Shown here: in pieces, positions 41,452 through 51,664 of the stretch
How the letters are laid out: each line of letters starts with the position of its first letter
Position numbering within the stretch: position 1 is the first letter of the stretch
Source: Vicinamibacterales bacterium
GTDB lineage: Bacteria; Acidobacteriota; Vicinamibacteria; Vicinamibacterales; UBA8438
Direction: 5' to 3'
Assembly: GCA_965249105.1 (NCBI GenBank)
Contig: OZ252219.1
Coordinates: 633,262-697,261, forward strand
DNA: 64,000 nt
The notes under the pieces: generated by a model
Database searches by the model: none
What the model was told of the DNA's origin: nothing
The model's input: the letters and a program-made list of their open reading frames with translations, nothing else
Made by a program: the position numbers and the translations under genes

Positions 41452-41559
41452 ATGGCCTTAACCGTCGGTTCCCACCTTGCCACTCGTATGACCGCTCTCA
41501 TCGGCGAAGGCGGCATGGGACAGGTCTATCAGGCTACTGAAAGCGTGCGTCACAAATGA
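41452..41559 (+). pseudogene. Ser/Thr kinase 5' stub 1 (35-aa ORF)
   Basis: MALTVGSHLATRMTALIGEGGMGQVYQATESVRHK*. Confidence 0.8.
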
Positions 41560-42236
41560 CCGTCACAGTGGTTCGGGTTTTCATCTTTTCGATCCTGCCG
41601 CTCTTGGTGGCAGGAGCACACGTTGCATTGGACAAGAGCGTGAGGTCCCGCGAACGTAGGCTGGAAGTCTTGCTTCTATACCTCTTTGCTCTTGGTGTCG
41701 CTGGAGGTGGCATTTCTGGCTTCTTCGGCCATCTTTTCCTCTCCGACTTTGTTGCCGAATCGATCGGTTGGCCGTCAGGCAATCCTTTTCAGCTGGAAGT
41801 GGGCTTCGCTAATCTGGCTGTTGGTAGTCTGGGGATCATGGCCATGGGACGGCGTGACGGCTTCCGCGAGGCCACAGTGATCGCAGTGGCCGTATTCGGC
41901 GTCGGGGCCACCATCGTCCACCTGATGGACATCGCCGAGACGGGCAACTTGGAGCCCGGCAATACGGTCCAAAACGTGAGTAATCTGCTCCGCCCGGCCC
42001 TTCTGATCGGATTCTTGGCTGCGAGCAGGTCAGCCGAACGGAAGCCGATCTCGGAAGCTGGGTCGTCAACGTTTGCGAAGTGGCGAGCGCCCAGGGTCCG
42101 GGCGGCCGGATGGATGACTGCGGGCGTTGCCACTGGATTTGGGATCGGGTTTGGTCTTGGCCAGCCTACGATCGGAACAACCCTCGGGATCGTGGCCGGA
42201 GCCGTCCTCGTTGTAGCTGCCCTGAGAGGAAGATAA
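41556..42236 (+). CDS. DUF6790-like membrane protein
   Basis: FFGHLF..DFVAESIGWPSGNPFQLEVGFANLA; multiple TM segments. Confidence 0.75.
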   Translation: MTVTVVRVFIFSILPLLVAGAHVALDKSVRSRERRLEVLLLYLFALGVAGGGISGFFGHLFLSDFVAESIGWPSGNPFQLEVGFANLAVGSLGIMAMGRRDGFREATVIAVAVFGVGATIVHLMDIAETGNLEPGNTVQNVSNLLRPALLIGFLAASRSAERKPISEAGSSTFAKWRAPRVRAAGWMTAGVATGFGIGFGLGQPTIGTTLGIVAGAVLVVAALRGR

Positions 42237-42331
42237 CCACCCTTTCGCCTCGCGGGAGCGGACGCAGCCTCGACGCGACAATCCATCTTAGAATGCTCCT
42301 GATCTGCGGTCGAGAGTTCCATCGCAGCCTC

Positions 42332-42510
42332 ATGTCCCTAAACATCGGCGACCGACTCGCCCATTACGACGTGACCGCCCTCATCGGCGAGGGCGGGATG
42401 GGGCAGGTGTATCAAGCCACCGATACCACGCTGAACCGCCAGGTGGCGCTGAAGATCCTGCCTGAGGCGTTTGCCGACGATCCTGATCGGCTGGCCCGGT
42501 TCCAGCGAGA
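42332..42510 (+). pseudogene. Ser/Thr kinase 5' stub 2
   Basis: MSLNIGDRLAHYDVTALIGEGGMGQVYQATDTTLNRQVALKILPEAFADDPDRLARFQRE. Confidence 0.9.
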
Positions 42511-42524
42511 GGGGTCCGTCAACA

Positions 42525-42559
42525 ACAGCCTCCGTCCTGCTGCGGAGGCTGTCTTTTTT
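42525..42559 (+). terminator. Rho-independent terminator-like hairpin
   Basis: 10-bp stem ACAGCCTCCG/CGGAGGCTGT followed by CTTTTTT. Confidence 0.6.
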
Positions 42560-42752
42560 GGGTACTGTCAAGTTCTCCATGTCTGCCGACACCATGACGC
42601 ATGAAACGCGATAGAGTGTGAGCGTGCATGGGTAGAGATGGGCATATGCCACACGTCAGCGGGAGTTGTAGTCGGACGGATGGAGGCGATAGAGTCCTTG
42701 ATCTCTGCTCTGGCGAGTTCTCAACGCTCAACAAGACTTGGAGGTTTCCGCC

Positions 42753-43727
42753 ATGCCTAACCAAATGCTCGTGACGGCTGTTGCCGCGGCCATGCTCGCG
42801 GGATGTGGGGCCGAGCCCGAGCCGCCCTCGCCCGAACCAGAAGCTTCGATGCCGGAAGCGGCTCCTTCCATGCCCACACCTGACCTCCCTCCGGCGATGA
42901 TCGTGGCGGAGCGAGGAGGCTTCATTCCGGAAGGTGTGGAGTACGACACCACGAACGGTCGCATTCTGGTTGGGTCGCTCTCCGAGGGCTCCATCTTTCA
43001 CATCCACAACGATGGCCAGGTGACGACCGTGGTGAGCGATCCCGATCTGGTCTCGTCAGTTGGCATCGAGGTCGACGAACCTCGAAATCGTCTACTGGTG
43101 GCGAACTCGGACCGGTCCGTGTTCCAGGGCGAAACGGCTGGGCAAGCGAAGCTAGGTGTGTACAACCTCACGACCGGGGAACGGGTTGCCATGGTGGACC
43201 TTGCCGCGGCCATCGTCGACGCTCCCAGTGACGCCGTCTACTTCGCGAACGACGTGGCGGTTGGGGAGGATGAAACGGCGTACGTCACCGATACACGGAT
43301 GGGCATGATCTACCAAGTCGACACCAACTACGAGGCCTCGGTGCTGCACCGATTCGATGACTTCGGACCCAACGGGATCGTCTATCACTCTTCGGGATAT
43401 CTCCTGGTGGGGGGCGGCGCAGCCCTTTGGAAGGTGCCGCTCGACGACCCGACTGGAGCCACCCAGGTGACGCTCCCGGAGGAGGTGCCAGGGCAGGACG
43501 GGATGGTGTGGACGGCTGATGAGCGCCTGGCCATCGTCAGCAATTCCGGTAACCGCGTGGTGGCGTTGACGAGTGAGGACAACTGGGCCACGGCACAGCT
43601 CGCAGGGGTCGCGCCATATGAGACTCAAGCGACGACCGCTGCAGTTGTCGGTGACGACATCTACGTGGTCCATCCACACTTCGCGGACGAGGATCCTCCG
43701 AGTGTCGAGCGCGTGGTGTTTCAGTGA
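42753..43727 (+). CDS. SMP-30/gluconolactonase-like beta-propeller lipoprotein
   Basis: LAGC lipobox; FIPEGVEYD, FANDVAV, GPNGI, GQDGM. Confidence 0.82.
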   Translation: MPNQMLVTAVAAAMLAGCGAEPEPPSPEPEASMPEAAPSMPTPDLPPAMIVAERGGFIPEGVEYDTTNGRILVGSLSEGSIFHIHNDGQVTTVVSDPDLVSSVGIEVDEPRNRLLVANSDRSVFQGETAGQAKLGVYNLTTGERVAMVDLAAAIVDAPSDAVYFANDVAVGEDETAYVTDTRMGMIYQVDTNYEASVLHRFDDFGPNGIVYHSSGYLLVGGGAALWKVPLDDPTGATQVTLPEEVPGQDGMVWTADERLAIVSNSGNRVVALTSEDNWATAQLAGVAPYETQATTAAVVGDDIYVVHPHFADEDPPSVERVVFQ

Positions 43728-43950
43728 GCCTGAAACGGCCGGGGGCGTGATGTGTGGCCAGTGTTCCGCTACGACAGTGGGTGGTTAACGGCGAGTCGTT
43801 AGTACGTCTGGTTCCAGGAACTCACCGAGGGCGTGCCCGGACCGTAGGCCGAGGGTCGCCAACTCATCTTGCATTGATCGAGGCCGGTCCCGTCCAACGC
43901 CAAGCTATGATTCGGCCTTAGCTATCCCGTCCACAGCCCAAGGGCGCCCA

Positions 43951-44238
43951 TCCCTCAATATCGGTGACCACCTCGCCCACTACAACGTCACGGCCCTCAT
44001 CGGCGAGGGCGGCATGGGCGTGGTCTACGAGGCCAGCGATCCGCGGCTCGAGCGCACGGTTGCCATCAAGCTCCTCCCGCCAGATCTGACGCGAGACGAG
44101 ACCGCCAAGCAGCGGTTCCTGCAGGAAGCCCAAGCGGCCTCGGCGTTGGACCACCCCAACATCTGCACCATCCACGAGATCAACGAGACCGACGACGGGC
44201 AACTCTCCACTTACGTTACCTCGCGGTCTGTCCACTAG
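43951..44238 (+). pseudogene. Ser/Thr kinase 5' stub 3 (start codon lost)
   Basis: SLNIGDHLAHYNVTALIGEGGMGVVY...VAIKLL...EAQAASALDHPNICTIHEI. Confidence 0.9.
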
Positions 44239-44289
44239 GATGCAGGCGGGGACGCCGAGACCAAGGCCCACTGGGGACCTGGAGCTGTG

Positions 44290-44754
44290 ATGAGATTCGG
44301 GGTGAGTCGCCACGCGCTGATACTCGCGCTCGTCTTGCTCTATACGGCGGGGTTCCGACTCGTCGTCCTCGACCGTCCCTTCGGCTACGACGCGGAAGGA
44401 GCCTCGGCCAGCCAGTACGGGATCCTGGCGAGGAACTACCTTCGGTTCGACTGGACCCAAACCCACGGCATGCCCGCCCTCACCGTCGGGCATCATCCGA
44501 CAGCACCGGTGGTTCTGTATCCCGATCACCCGCCCCTCATCCCACTGCTCGTCGCCCCGTTCTATGCGGGATTCGGCGTGGGTGAGTGGCAGACCCGGCT
44601 TCCGATTTCGATCATGACGATCGCGGCCGTGTATGTGCTGTATCGTCTGCTCGCCCTGACGGCCACGCGCCGCGCCGGCGTGGCGGCGGGCGCCGTGTTT
44701 GCGGCCAGCCCTTTGATCCTCTATTTCACCAGCGACCCACGGAGATCCCGGAAG
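44290..44754 (+). pseudogene. GT39/PMT-like membrane glycosyltransferase, N-terminal fragment
   Basis: YDAEG, YPDHPPL, FGVGEWQTRLP; ends at repeat copy 5. Confidence 0.75.
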
Positions 44755-45004
44755 GACCAAAAGTTTTAATCCGGGATAAGCCGGGATCATCCGGGATGAC
44801 CCCGGGATGCGACTCGCGCGGGCGCAACGACTTACGGGGATCGGCCGACATAATTGTGGTGCAACACTTTTGATCCATGAAATCGCCTTCACGGCGTTTG
44901 CCGGGGGTTTTGGCCCCTCAAAATTGGGGGGGGTCGCGGGAGTGTCCCCCGTCGTGGACAGCTCTGCCGCCGCGCCGCGCGCGGCCGGATGATAAGCAGG
45001 CGTC
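44755..45004 (-). repeat. Iteron-bearing dispersed repeat, copy 5
   Basis: Diverged inverted copy of 35596-35850. Confidence 0.9.
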
Positions 45005-45099
45005 TGGGGTATCCATTTAACCGGAGTAACCTGGGCACGCCTCTACGAGGCGGCGATTGCAGGAGTGCAAAAGGAAGGCATCCTGCGGTGCCGTTGCCG

Positions 45100-46570
45100 T
45101 CGGTTCCGCGTCATGGCCAACGTCGAGGAACTCGAACGGGCTCTCGATTTCCCCTGGGAGAAATGGACGGTCTTCCTTCATCCGGCCCAGCGGGAACTGG
45201 TCGAGCGTGACTACGAGGGTCCCGCACGGGTCGCGGGGTCCGCTGGCACGGGCAAGACGGTGGTAGCCCTCCATCGTGCTGCCTATCTGACCCGCAGCAA
45301 TCCCGCAGCCAGGGTTCTCCTCGCCACGTTCTCGGAAACGCTGGCGAACGCCCTCAAGAACCAATTGAAGTGCCTCGTCGGGAACGAACCCCGGCTGGCC
45401 GAACGCCTGGAAGTCTGGTCGATGACCGGCATCGGCAAACGGCTCTATGAGGCTCGGTTCGGGAAGCTAGACCTTGCGTCTGACGGCCGCGTGCGCCAAC
45501 TGCTCGAAGAGAAGGCTGCGACGGTCGAAGGACACAAGTTCAGCACGCGGTTCCTCTGGTCTGAATGGGCCAACACCGTGGACGCCTGGCAGCTGGCCAC
45601 CTGGGAGGACTACCGGGACGTGAAGCGTCTGGGCCGCAAGACACGGCTGGCACAAAGCCAGCGGACCATTCTGTGGGACATCTTCGAGAAGGTCCGCTCC
45701 GCCTTGAGCAGGGAGGGCGCAGTCACCAAGGCTGCGATGTTCACGGACCTCGCGGCGAAGCTTGGTGAATCTGATCACCCGCCGTTTGACTTTGCGGTGA
45801 TTGACGAGGCCCAGGACGTGGGCGTGGCTCAGCTACGCTTCCTCGCGGCCCTCGGGAGCAAGCGGCCGAATGGCTTGTTCTTCACTGGTGATCTGGGACA
45901 GCGGATCTTCCAAGAGCCGTTCTCGTGGGAGGCTCTTGGCGTGGATGTCCGGGGACGCTCGACGACGCTGAAGGTCAACTATCGAACCTCCCACCAAATC
46001 CGCACACAGGCGGATCGGCTGCTGGATCCAATGCTTGCAGACGTGGACGGTAACGAGGAGATCCGCACCGGGACGATCTCCGTCTTTAATGGGCCGACCC
46101 CAGAGATCCGCGTCTGCGATTCAGTAGAGGCCGAGACCCAGGCTGTCGCCGATTGGATCAAGCAGCGCCTCACAGAGGGCGTAGAGCCACACGAGATCGC
46201 GGTCTTCGTGCGATCTGGGGCTGAGCTACGACGGGCACAGGATGCTCTCGCCCGAGCGGACATCCCGCGTGAGACGCTGGACCAGAGGTTGAAGGTGACA
46301 AAGGGCTCGGTTTCCGTCACCACGATGCATCTGGCTAAGGGGCTGGAGTTCCGGGCCGTGGCGGTGATGGCCTGCGACGACGAGATCATTCCCTTGCAGG
46401 AGCGTATTGAAAACGTGGCGGACGAGTCCGACCTGAAGGAGGTCTACAGCACTGAGCAGCACTTGCTCTATGTTGCATGCACTCGGGCGCGGGACCATCT
46501 TCTCGTGACGGGCATCAGCCCGGCGTCAGAGTTCCTTGACGACCTGGAAGCCAAGGCTGCGGTGGCGTGA
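45100..46570 (+). pseudogene. UvrD/Rep-like SF1 helicase, probably missing its N-terminal domains
   Basis: GSAGTGKT, IDEAQD, GDLGQRI, NYRTS, TMHLAKGLEF, YVACTRAR; no convincing start codon or RBS. Confidence 0.8.
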
Positions 46571-46782
46571 GTCCCTGGTTGGAAAAGCCGTTTCCGACAT
46601 CGGGTTCGGAGAGCCGTCTGGCATCGTTCCCGGTGGACCGTTGCCCCCTGGCCGCAAGGCGCAACCCCGTGCATTCCCGCGCAACTCCAAACTGCAGTGG
46701 GGTCTTGTAGTCCCTGGAGTTACGGCGATTCTCGAGGTGTGTAGTTAGTGCAAGTTATTGATATAATTGACGTTACGTAACT

Positions 46783-46840
46783 CAGAGGCGGACCCCATCC
46801 TTTGGACAGGTTTTCGTCACAGCTAAGGTGGAATCCGGGG
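46783..46840 (+). mobile_element. Orphan IS3-type left-end remnant (related copy at 50786-50817)
   Basis: GGACCCC...TTGGACAG...GCTAAGGTGGAATCC resembles the IS3 left end at 53890-53933. Confidence 0.55.
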
Positions 46841-46999
46841 GCACTTCAATCGACACTCGCATTGCCGATTCGATCAAGCAGCTAGGGAGCAAGAACGTAA
46901 GCAATCCTCTCGCGTCGGTCAATTGGGATTGAACAGCAATCCCCGTGAACGAGCTCGCCCGATCCTCTTGCGGATCGAGCGCCCGCCACGAGTGTGTAC

Positions 47000-48037
47000 C
47001 TAGCGCCGGGGCCTTGAACGATAGTGGCCCCTCACGTATGTACCATCGCGCCGATAGTAGCCCCCGACGTAGACGGTCTTGGGACGGCCGGTCGCCGCGC
47101 TGATGTCGCCGTAGCAGCTCCCGTTTTCTGCACATTGAGGTTTCAGGACGCGGGCCGCCGGTTCGCTTCCCGCCGTGGCGAGCGCTCGCTGGGCCTCAGT
47201 GAGCTGGCCCTGGTTGCACGCGAACGAGTTGCCCGAGCGGCAGTTCACGAAGTTGCGCCGGAGTTCAGCCTGGCGAACCTCATCGCGTTGCGCGTCGCTG
47301 AGCTGGTCCTGGTTGCACGCGAACGAGTTGCCCGAGCGGCAGTTCACGAAGTTGCGCCGGAGTTCAGCCTGGCGAACCTCATCGCGTTGCGCGTCGCTGA
47401 GTTGGTCCCGGTTGCACGCGAACGAGTTGCCTGAGCGGCAGTTCACGAAGTTGCGCCGGAGTTCAGCCTGGCGAACCTCATCGCGTTGCGCGTCGCTGAG
47501 CTGGTCCTGGTTGCACGCGAACGAGTTGCCCGAGCGGCAGTTCACGAAGTTGCGCCGGAGTTCAGCCTGGCGAACCTCATCGCGTTGCGCGTCGCTGAGT
47601 TGGTCCCGGTTGCACGCGAACGAGTTGCCCGAGCGGCAGTTCACGAAGTTACGCCGGAGTTCAGCCTGGCGAACCTCATCGCGTTGCGCGTCGCTGAGTT
47701 GGTCCCGGTTGCACGCGAACGAGTTGCCTGAGCGGCAGTTCACGAAGTTGCGCCGGAGTTCAGCCTGGCGAACCTCATCGCGTTGCGCGTCGCTGAGTTG
47801 GTCCCGGTTGCACGCGAACGAGTTGCCTGAGCGGCAGTTCACGAAGTTGCGCCGGAGTTCAGCCTGGCGAACCTCATCGCGTTGCGCGTCGCTGAGTTGG
47901 TCCCGGTTGCACGCGAACGAGTTGCCTGAGAGGCAGTTCACGAAGTTGGACGTGCCGGTTCGCTCTTCCTGAGCGGTCACCGATCCCGTCGCTAGGATGA
48001 GCAGTAGGAAGGCAGTGGCGACGCTTCGCGAGTGCAT
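47000..48037 (-). CDS. Secreted Cys-containing tandem-repeat protein
   Basis: Signal peptide; 7 full and 1 partial 33-aa repeats; C-terminal CAENGSCYGDIS...GYYRRDGTYVRGHYRS. Confidence 0.85.
   Translation of the reverse strand: MHSRSVATAFLLLILATGSVTAQEERTGTSNFVNCLSGNSFACNRDQLSDAQRDEVRQAELRRNFVNCRSGNSFACNRDQLSDAQRDEVRQAELRRNFVNCRSGNSFACNRDQLSDAQRDEVRQAELRRNFVNCRSGNSFACNRDQLSDAQRDEVRQAELRRNFVNCRSGNSFACNQDQLSDAQRDEVRQAELRRNFVNCRSGNSFACNRDQLSDAQRDEVRQAELRRNFVNCRSGNSFACNQDQLSDAQRDEVRQAELRRNFVNCRSGNSFACNQGQLTEAQRALATAGSEPAARVLKPQCAENGSCYGDISAATGRPKTVYVGGYYRRDGTYVRGHYRSRPRR
47186..47947 (-). repeat. 99-bp coding tandem repeat
   Basis: Near-identical units encoding NFVNCRSGNSFACN(R/Q)DQLSDAQRDEVRQAELRR. 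Confidence 0.97.
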
Positions 48038-48806
48038 TGAACGTACCTCACTTCGTATTCTAGCGCATGTACACAAGCACTTGAGGCAGTTCAGCTACTG
48101 GATCGAACGGAGCTGCGGGAGCCGTTGCATCCGTGCCGTAGCGGGGATGGCCGCAGGCGCGCGGTAGTCTCGTGAAGCGGCAACGCGCGGAGGTTGCGTT
48201 GGGGCACGGAATCAGATCCCGCGGAACGGGCCCACCGACGGGCGGGGCCGAGAGCTAGCCGTGCGGCGTGGAGGGTCCGCGCCGGCAGCGCAATGGCGGG
48301 GGATGACCGATCGTCGAGGTGCTCAGTACTGCCAGCCGTACTGCCAGCCGTTTCGGATGCTGGCAGCCGTGTTGGGACCCGTTGGGGCCCTTTCAGATCC
48401 GCGGTCTCCCCCGTAAATCCGGCACTACTTGGGATTCTCGTTGCGTTGCGAACGGCTTCGTAGCCATATCGAGCAGATTATTACCGAACACTATGAAGTG
48501 ACATACGGCGCTATGTCTCAGGCTCTTTCTGATCTCGGGCAACCGTGCGAGCGGCATCGAGTCATACTGAGAGTCACCACGGGTGGGCACAGAAAATGGC
48601 ACACTCCACTTCCTCGGCGGCAACTGGCAACTTCCGTTGATTCAGCGCCTCGCTTATGATCCGCGCGAGCGCGGCGCGGCAGCCCACAGCGGGGGACGCT
48701 CCCGCGGAATCCCCCATTGTGACGAGCCTAGACCCCCTGGAAACAGCGGTGTGAAGGGCGTGTCAACGGCGCGAGCTTAGCGAGTCGAACCTCAGCCTGA
48801 CAACCC

Positions 48807-48885
48807 GTGGCCCTCCAAGTCGGCATCACGCTCGGCCATTACGACGTGACCGCCGAGATCGGCGAGGGCGGGATGCGCCAGGTCC
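48807..48885 (+). pseudogene. Ser/Thr kinase 5' stub 4
   Basis: MALQVGITLGHYDVTAEIGEGGMRQV. Confidence 0.8.
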
Positions 48886-48999
48886 GACACCAAACTGAAC
48901 CGGCAGGTGGCTTTCACGGTCGGGGGCTCTGGATGCGTGATCAGGGCCCCGATGCCCAGCGGCTCTCCAGTGGGATCATGATGTGCGCATACGGCGTAT

Positions 49000-49226
49000 C
49001 CGGCCGATCAGCTCCACCTTGGCGTCGAGTTCCAATGCGCCGTAGTCCGCCCGGTTCATGACGTCGACCGAACCCAACGTACGACCCTTCTTGCGCTTCC
49101 TGACCGATCGTAGGACACTGCTCATCTCGGCTCCTTTCTCTCGTGGCGTGATGGTCGTCTTGTCAACGTCATCAAACCACAGGGGTTGGAGCCGCTTCAA
49201 TTTCCAACTAAGTTTCGCTCACACTC
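49000..49226 (-). mobile_element. Partial, diverged IS256-family left end
   Basis: Same terminus as 38013; MSSVLRSVRKRKKGRTLG. Confidence 0.88.
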
Positions 49227-49406
49227 ATGAATTAGATTATGGTGGTAGTGACGTGCGGACGGCGAGTATGAGTTACCCACGCATTCTGTCCCTATCACGT
49301 GTCAGAGTGCGTGGAACTGCACCGGAGCATCGGTCGAAGGCTGGACAGCGCCAAATTCCAGCACGGAGGCAACTGCGAATATACGTCTCACGCTTGAGAC
49401 GAGTCC

Positions 49407-50783
49407 TGCGCCCTAGAGTTTTCTTGGACAGTGGTTTGAAGGTAATCACTTCTACGCTGCTGCGTCCAGCCCGACGAGATCGCGTCGCACCTGGGCTGGA
49501 CTTCGATAGTCGTACTTCTCCAGCATCCACTGCTCGTTGTACGTTTGCTTAAACGCGAGCAAGGCGAGGCGGAGCTCCTCGAGCGTCTCGAAGCTTCGCA
49601 CCCACAAGACGTTTTCCTTCAGCGTGCGGATGAAGCGCTCCGCGACGCCGTTGCCTTCAGGCTCCCGCACAAAACTCGGGGAACTCTCGATGCCGAAGAA
49701 CGCGATCTCGTGTTGAAAATCGTCGGCCAGGTCGTTCGACCCGTGGTCGTGACGCAGACCAAGCCCCCTGGCGACGCCTTCGCCGATGCCCCCGAAGCGT
49801 TCCCGGATGCCTTGGCGGATCGGCTCGAGAGCCTCGAACCGGCTCCCGCTCTTCGCCGCATGGAGGCCGATGCACTCGGTCGTACAGTGATCGACGGCCA
49901 CAAAGACGCACGCCGCCCCCTCGCCCACGGTCACCGTGGCCGTCATATCCGTCCCCCACATGACGTCGGGGGCCTCCGTGGTGATCGTGCCGTCGTGCGC
50001 CTTCGGGCCATGCGCGTGGCCCGCGCGGTACGGGGCCTGGAGGCCGTGCTCCCGCATCAACCGCCGCACCCGTTCCTTCGAGGTGCGGATCCCTGCGACC
50101 CGCAGTTTCGCCCAGACTTTTCGGTACCCCTCGCCATGAAATGGCGAGGCTTCGAGCACCCGGCGGATGTGGCCGACCAGCACCACGTCCGTGGCGGCAC
50201 CGACCGGCCCGCGGCGTCGGGGGGGGGCGCGACCGCGTCGCGTGCCGTCGCGCGTAGACGCTGGACCGCGCCCGTCCCCACACGCGGCAGACCCGGTGTA
50301 CGCCGTACGCCCGACGGGCGGAGATCGACTGGGCGCCACTCATCGCGTCGACCTCCGCCGAGCCAAAGGGCCGCCGGCCTCCAGGTGGTCCACCTTCGCG
50401 TAGAGCAGCTCGTTCTCCATGAGCAGCTCGCCGACCTTGGCGTGCAGTCGCTGGTGCTCCTCATCCCGGGCATCCGGCGCGCGGCTCTTCAGCCCCGCCT
50501 GGCCCGCGGCCAGGAACTGGTCACGCCATTGGGAGGCCCGCGCCGCCGTGATCCCCAATTCCCGCGACACCGACTCGAGATTCTCGCCCCGCAGCAGGCG
50601 GAGTACCGTCGCGCGTTTACGCCGGGCCGAAAAACGCCCCTTCCGGTCACGCTCGGCGGCCGGTCCAGTCGCCCTCCGGGCGCTCTCCGCCGCCGTCGAT
50701 TCTTCAACCTGCTTTCTCATCTCGACACTCCTCCTGCGAGAACTCTCTCGCAATCAAGGTGTCCAAGAAAACTCTAGGGCGCA
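49407..50783 (-). mobile_element. IS3-family element; orfB frameshifted near the G-run at ~50220
   Basis: Perfect IR TGCGCCCTAGAGTTTTCTTGGACA; orfA RFSARRK; orfB WGTDMT...HDHGS...NGVAERF. Confidence 0.88.
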
Positions 50784-50899
50784 GGAGGTTTTCGTTACAG
50801 CTAAGGTGGAATCCGGGGTCATGATTCAAGCGACCTTGGGCTGACGGGAGACGGGGCGTAGCCCCGGGCTCCGAGCAACCTCTCCGTCAGTGTACGCAA

Positions 50900-51655
50900 G
50901 GTGTCGTCGCAACACCGCGTTGTGTGATTGAGCATAGGTGATCGCCAAGTGCCTCCGCGGGTCTTCCAGCCGAGGGTCTTGCGGGGGCGACTGTTGAGAG
51001 CAGCAGCAACGGCGTCAAGATCATCACGAGAGTGTCTGGACAGGTCGGTGCCTTTGGGAAAGTACTGCCGCAGCAGGCCGTTGGTGTTCTCGTTCGTGCC
51101 GCGTTGCCAGGGGCTGCGTGGGTCGCAGAAGTAGATTGGCAGACCGGTGTCGATTCGGAGTGGGCAGCGTGATGATCGACGACGCGATGGCGTCTCGGCC
51201 GGCCTCGGCACCATGCCCCGCCAGGGCGGGACCGTTCTTGATCCGAGGCTGCCCATCGTCATCCATGCGAGGCAGATGCAGCAGCCTCGTGAATCGGCTG
51301 GTGCGTTCCACGAGGGTCCCAATCGCAGAGCTCCCCAGTCCGACAATCAGGTCACCTTCCCAGTGTCCTGGGACCGCCCGATCGTCTGCTTCGGCGGGGC
51401 GCTTGCTGATCATGATTTCGGCAGTGACGAACGCCTTGCCGCGTCCTCGTGTCCGTGCTCTTGGCACGCGCAGCGCCCGGCCGGTCCGCAAGCACGCCAC
51501 CAGGTCGCGTCGCAGTGCCCCTCGTCCCTGCACGTAGAGCGCCTGGTAGATGGCCTCGTGGGAGATCCGCATCGACTCCTCATCGGGGAAGTCGACCTTG
51601 AGTCTGTTGGCAATTTGCTCAGGACTCCATGACGCCGCCCAGCGTCGGTCTTGAC
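50900..51655 (-). pseudogene. IS30-family transposase fragments
   Basis: WSPEQIA, SHEAIYQALY, GHWEGDLI, YFCDPRSPWQRGTNENTNGLLRQYFPKG. Confidence 0.88.
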
Positions 51656-51664
51656 GGCGCCCGG

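Noticed and set aside
43918-44892. Long antisense and alternative-frame ORFs (also 49545-50777, 57108-58253 and many others)
   Set aside because: These are shadow ORFs expected at high GC, overlapping better-supported genes.
46808-46839. IS1380-type terminus (GTGGAATCCGGG)
   Set aside because: The same motif lies inside the IS3 left end at 53890-53933, which is the simpler explanation.
47186-47947. Possible CRISPR array
   Set aside because: Units are contiguous in-frame 99-bp coding repeats with no unique spacers, and no cas genes are present.
41452-48885. Classical integron
   Set aside because: No IntI gene and no recognisable attC (RYYYAAC...GTTRRRY) structures between the genes.
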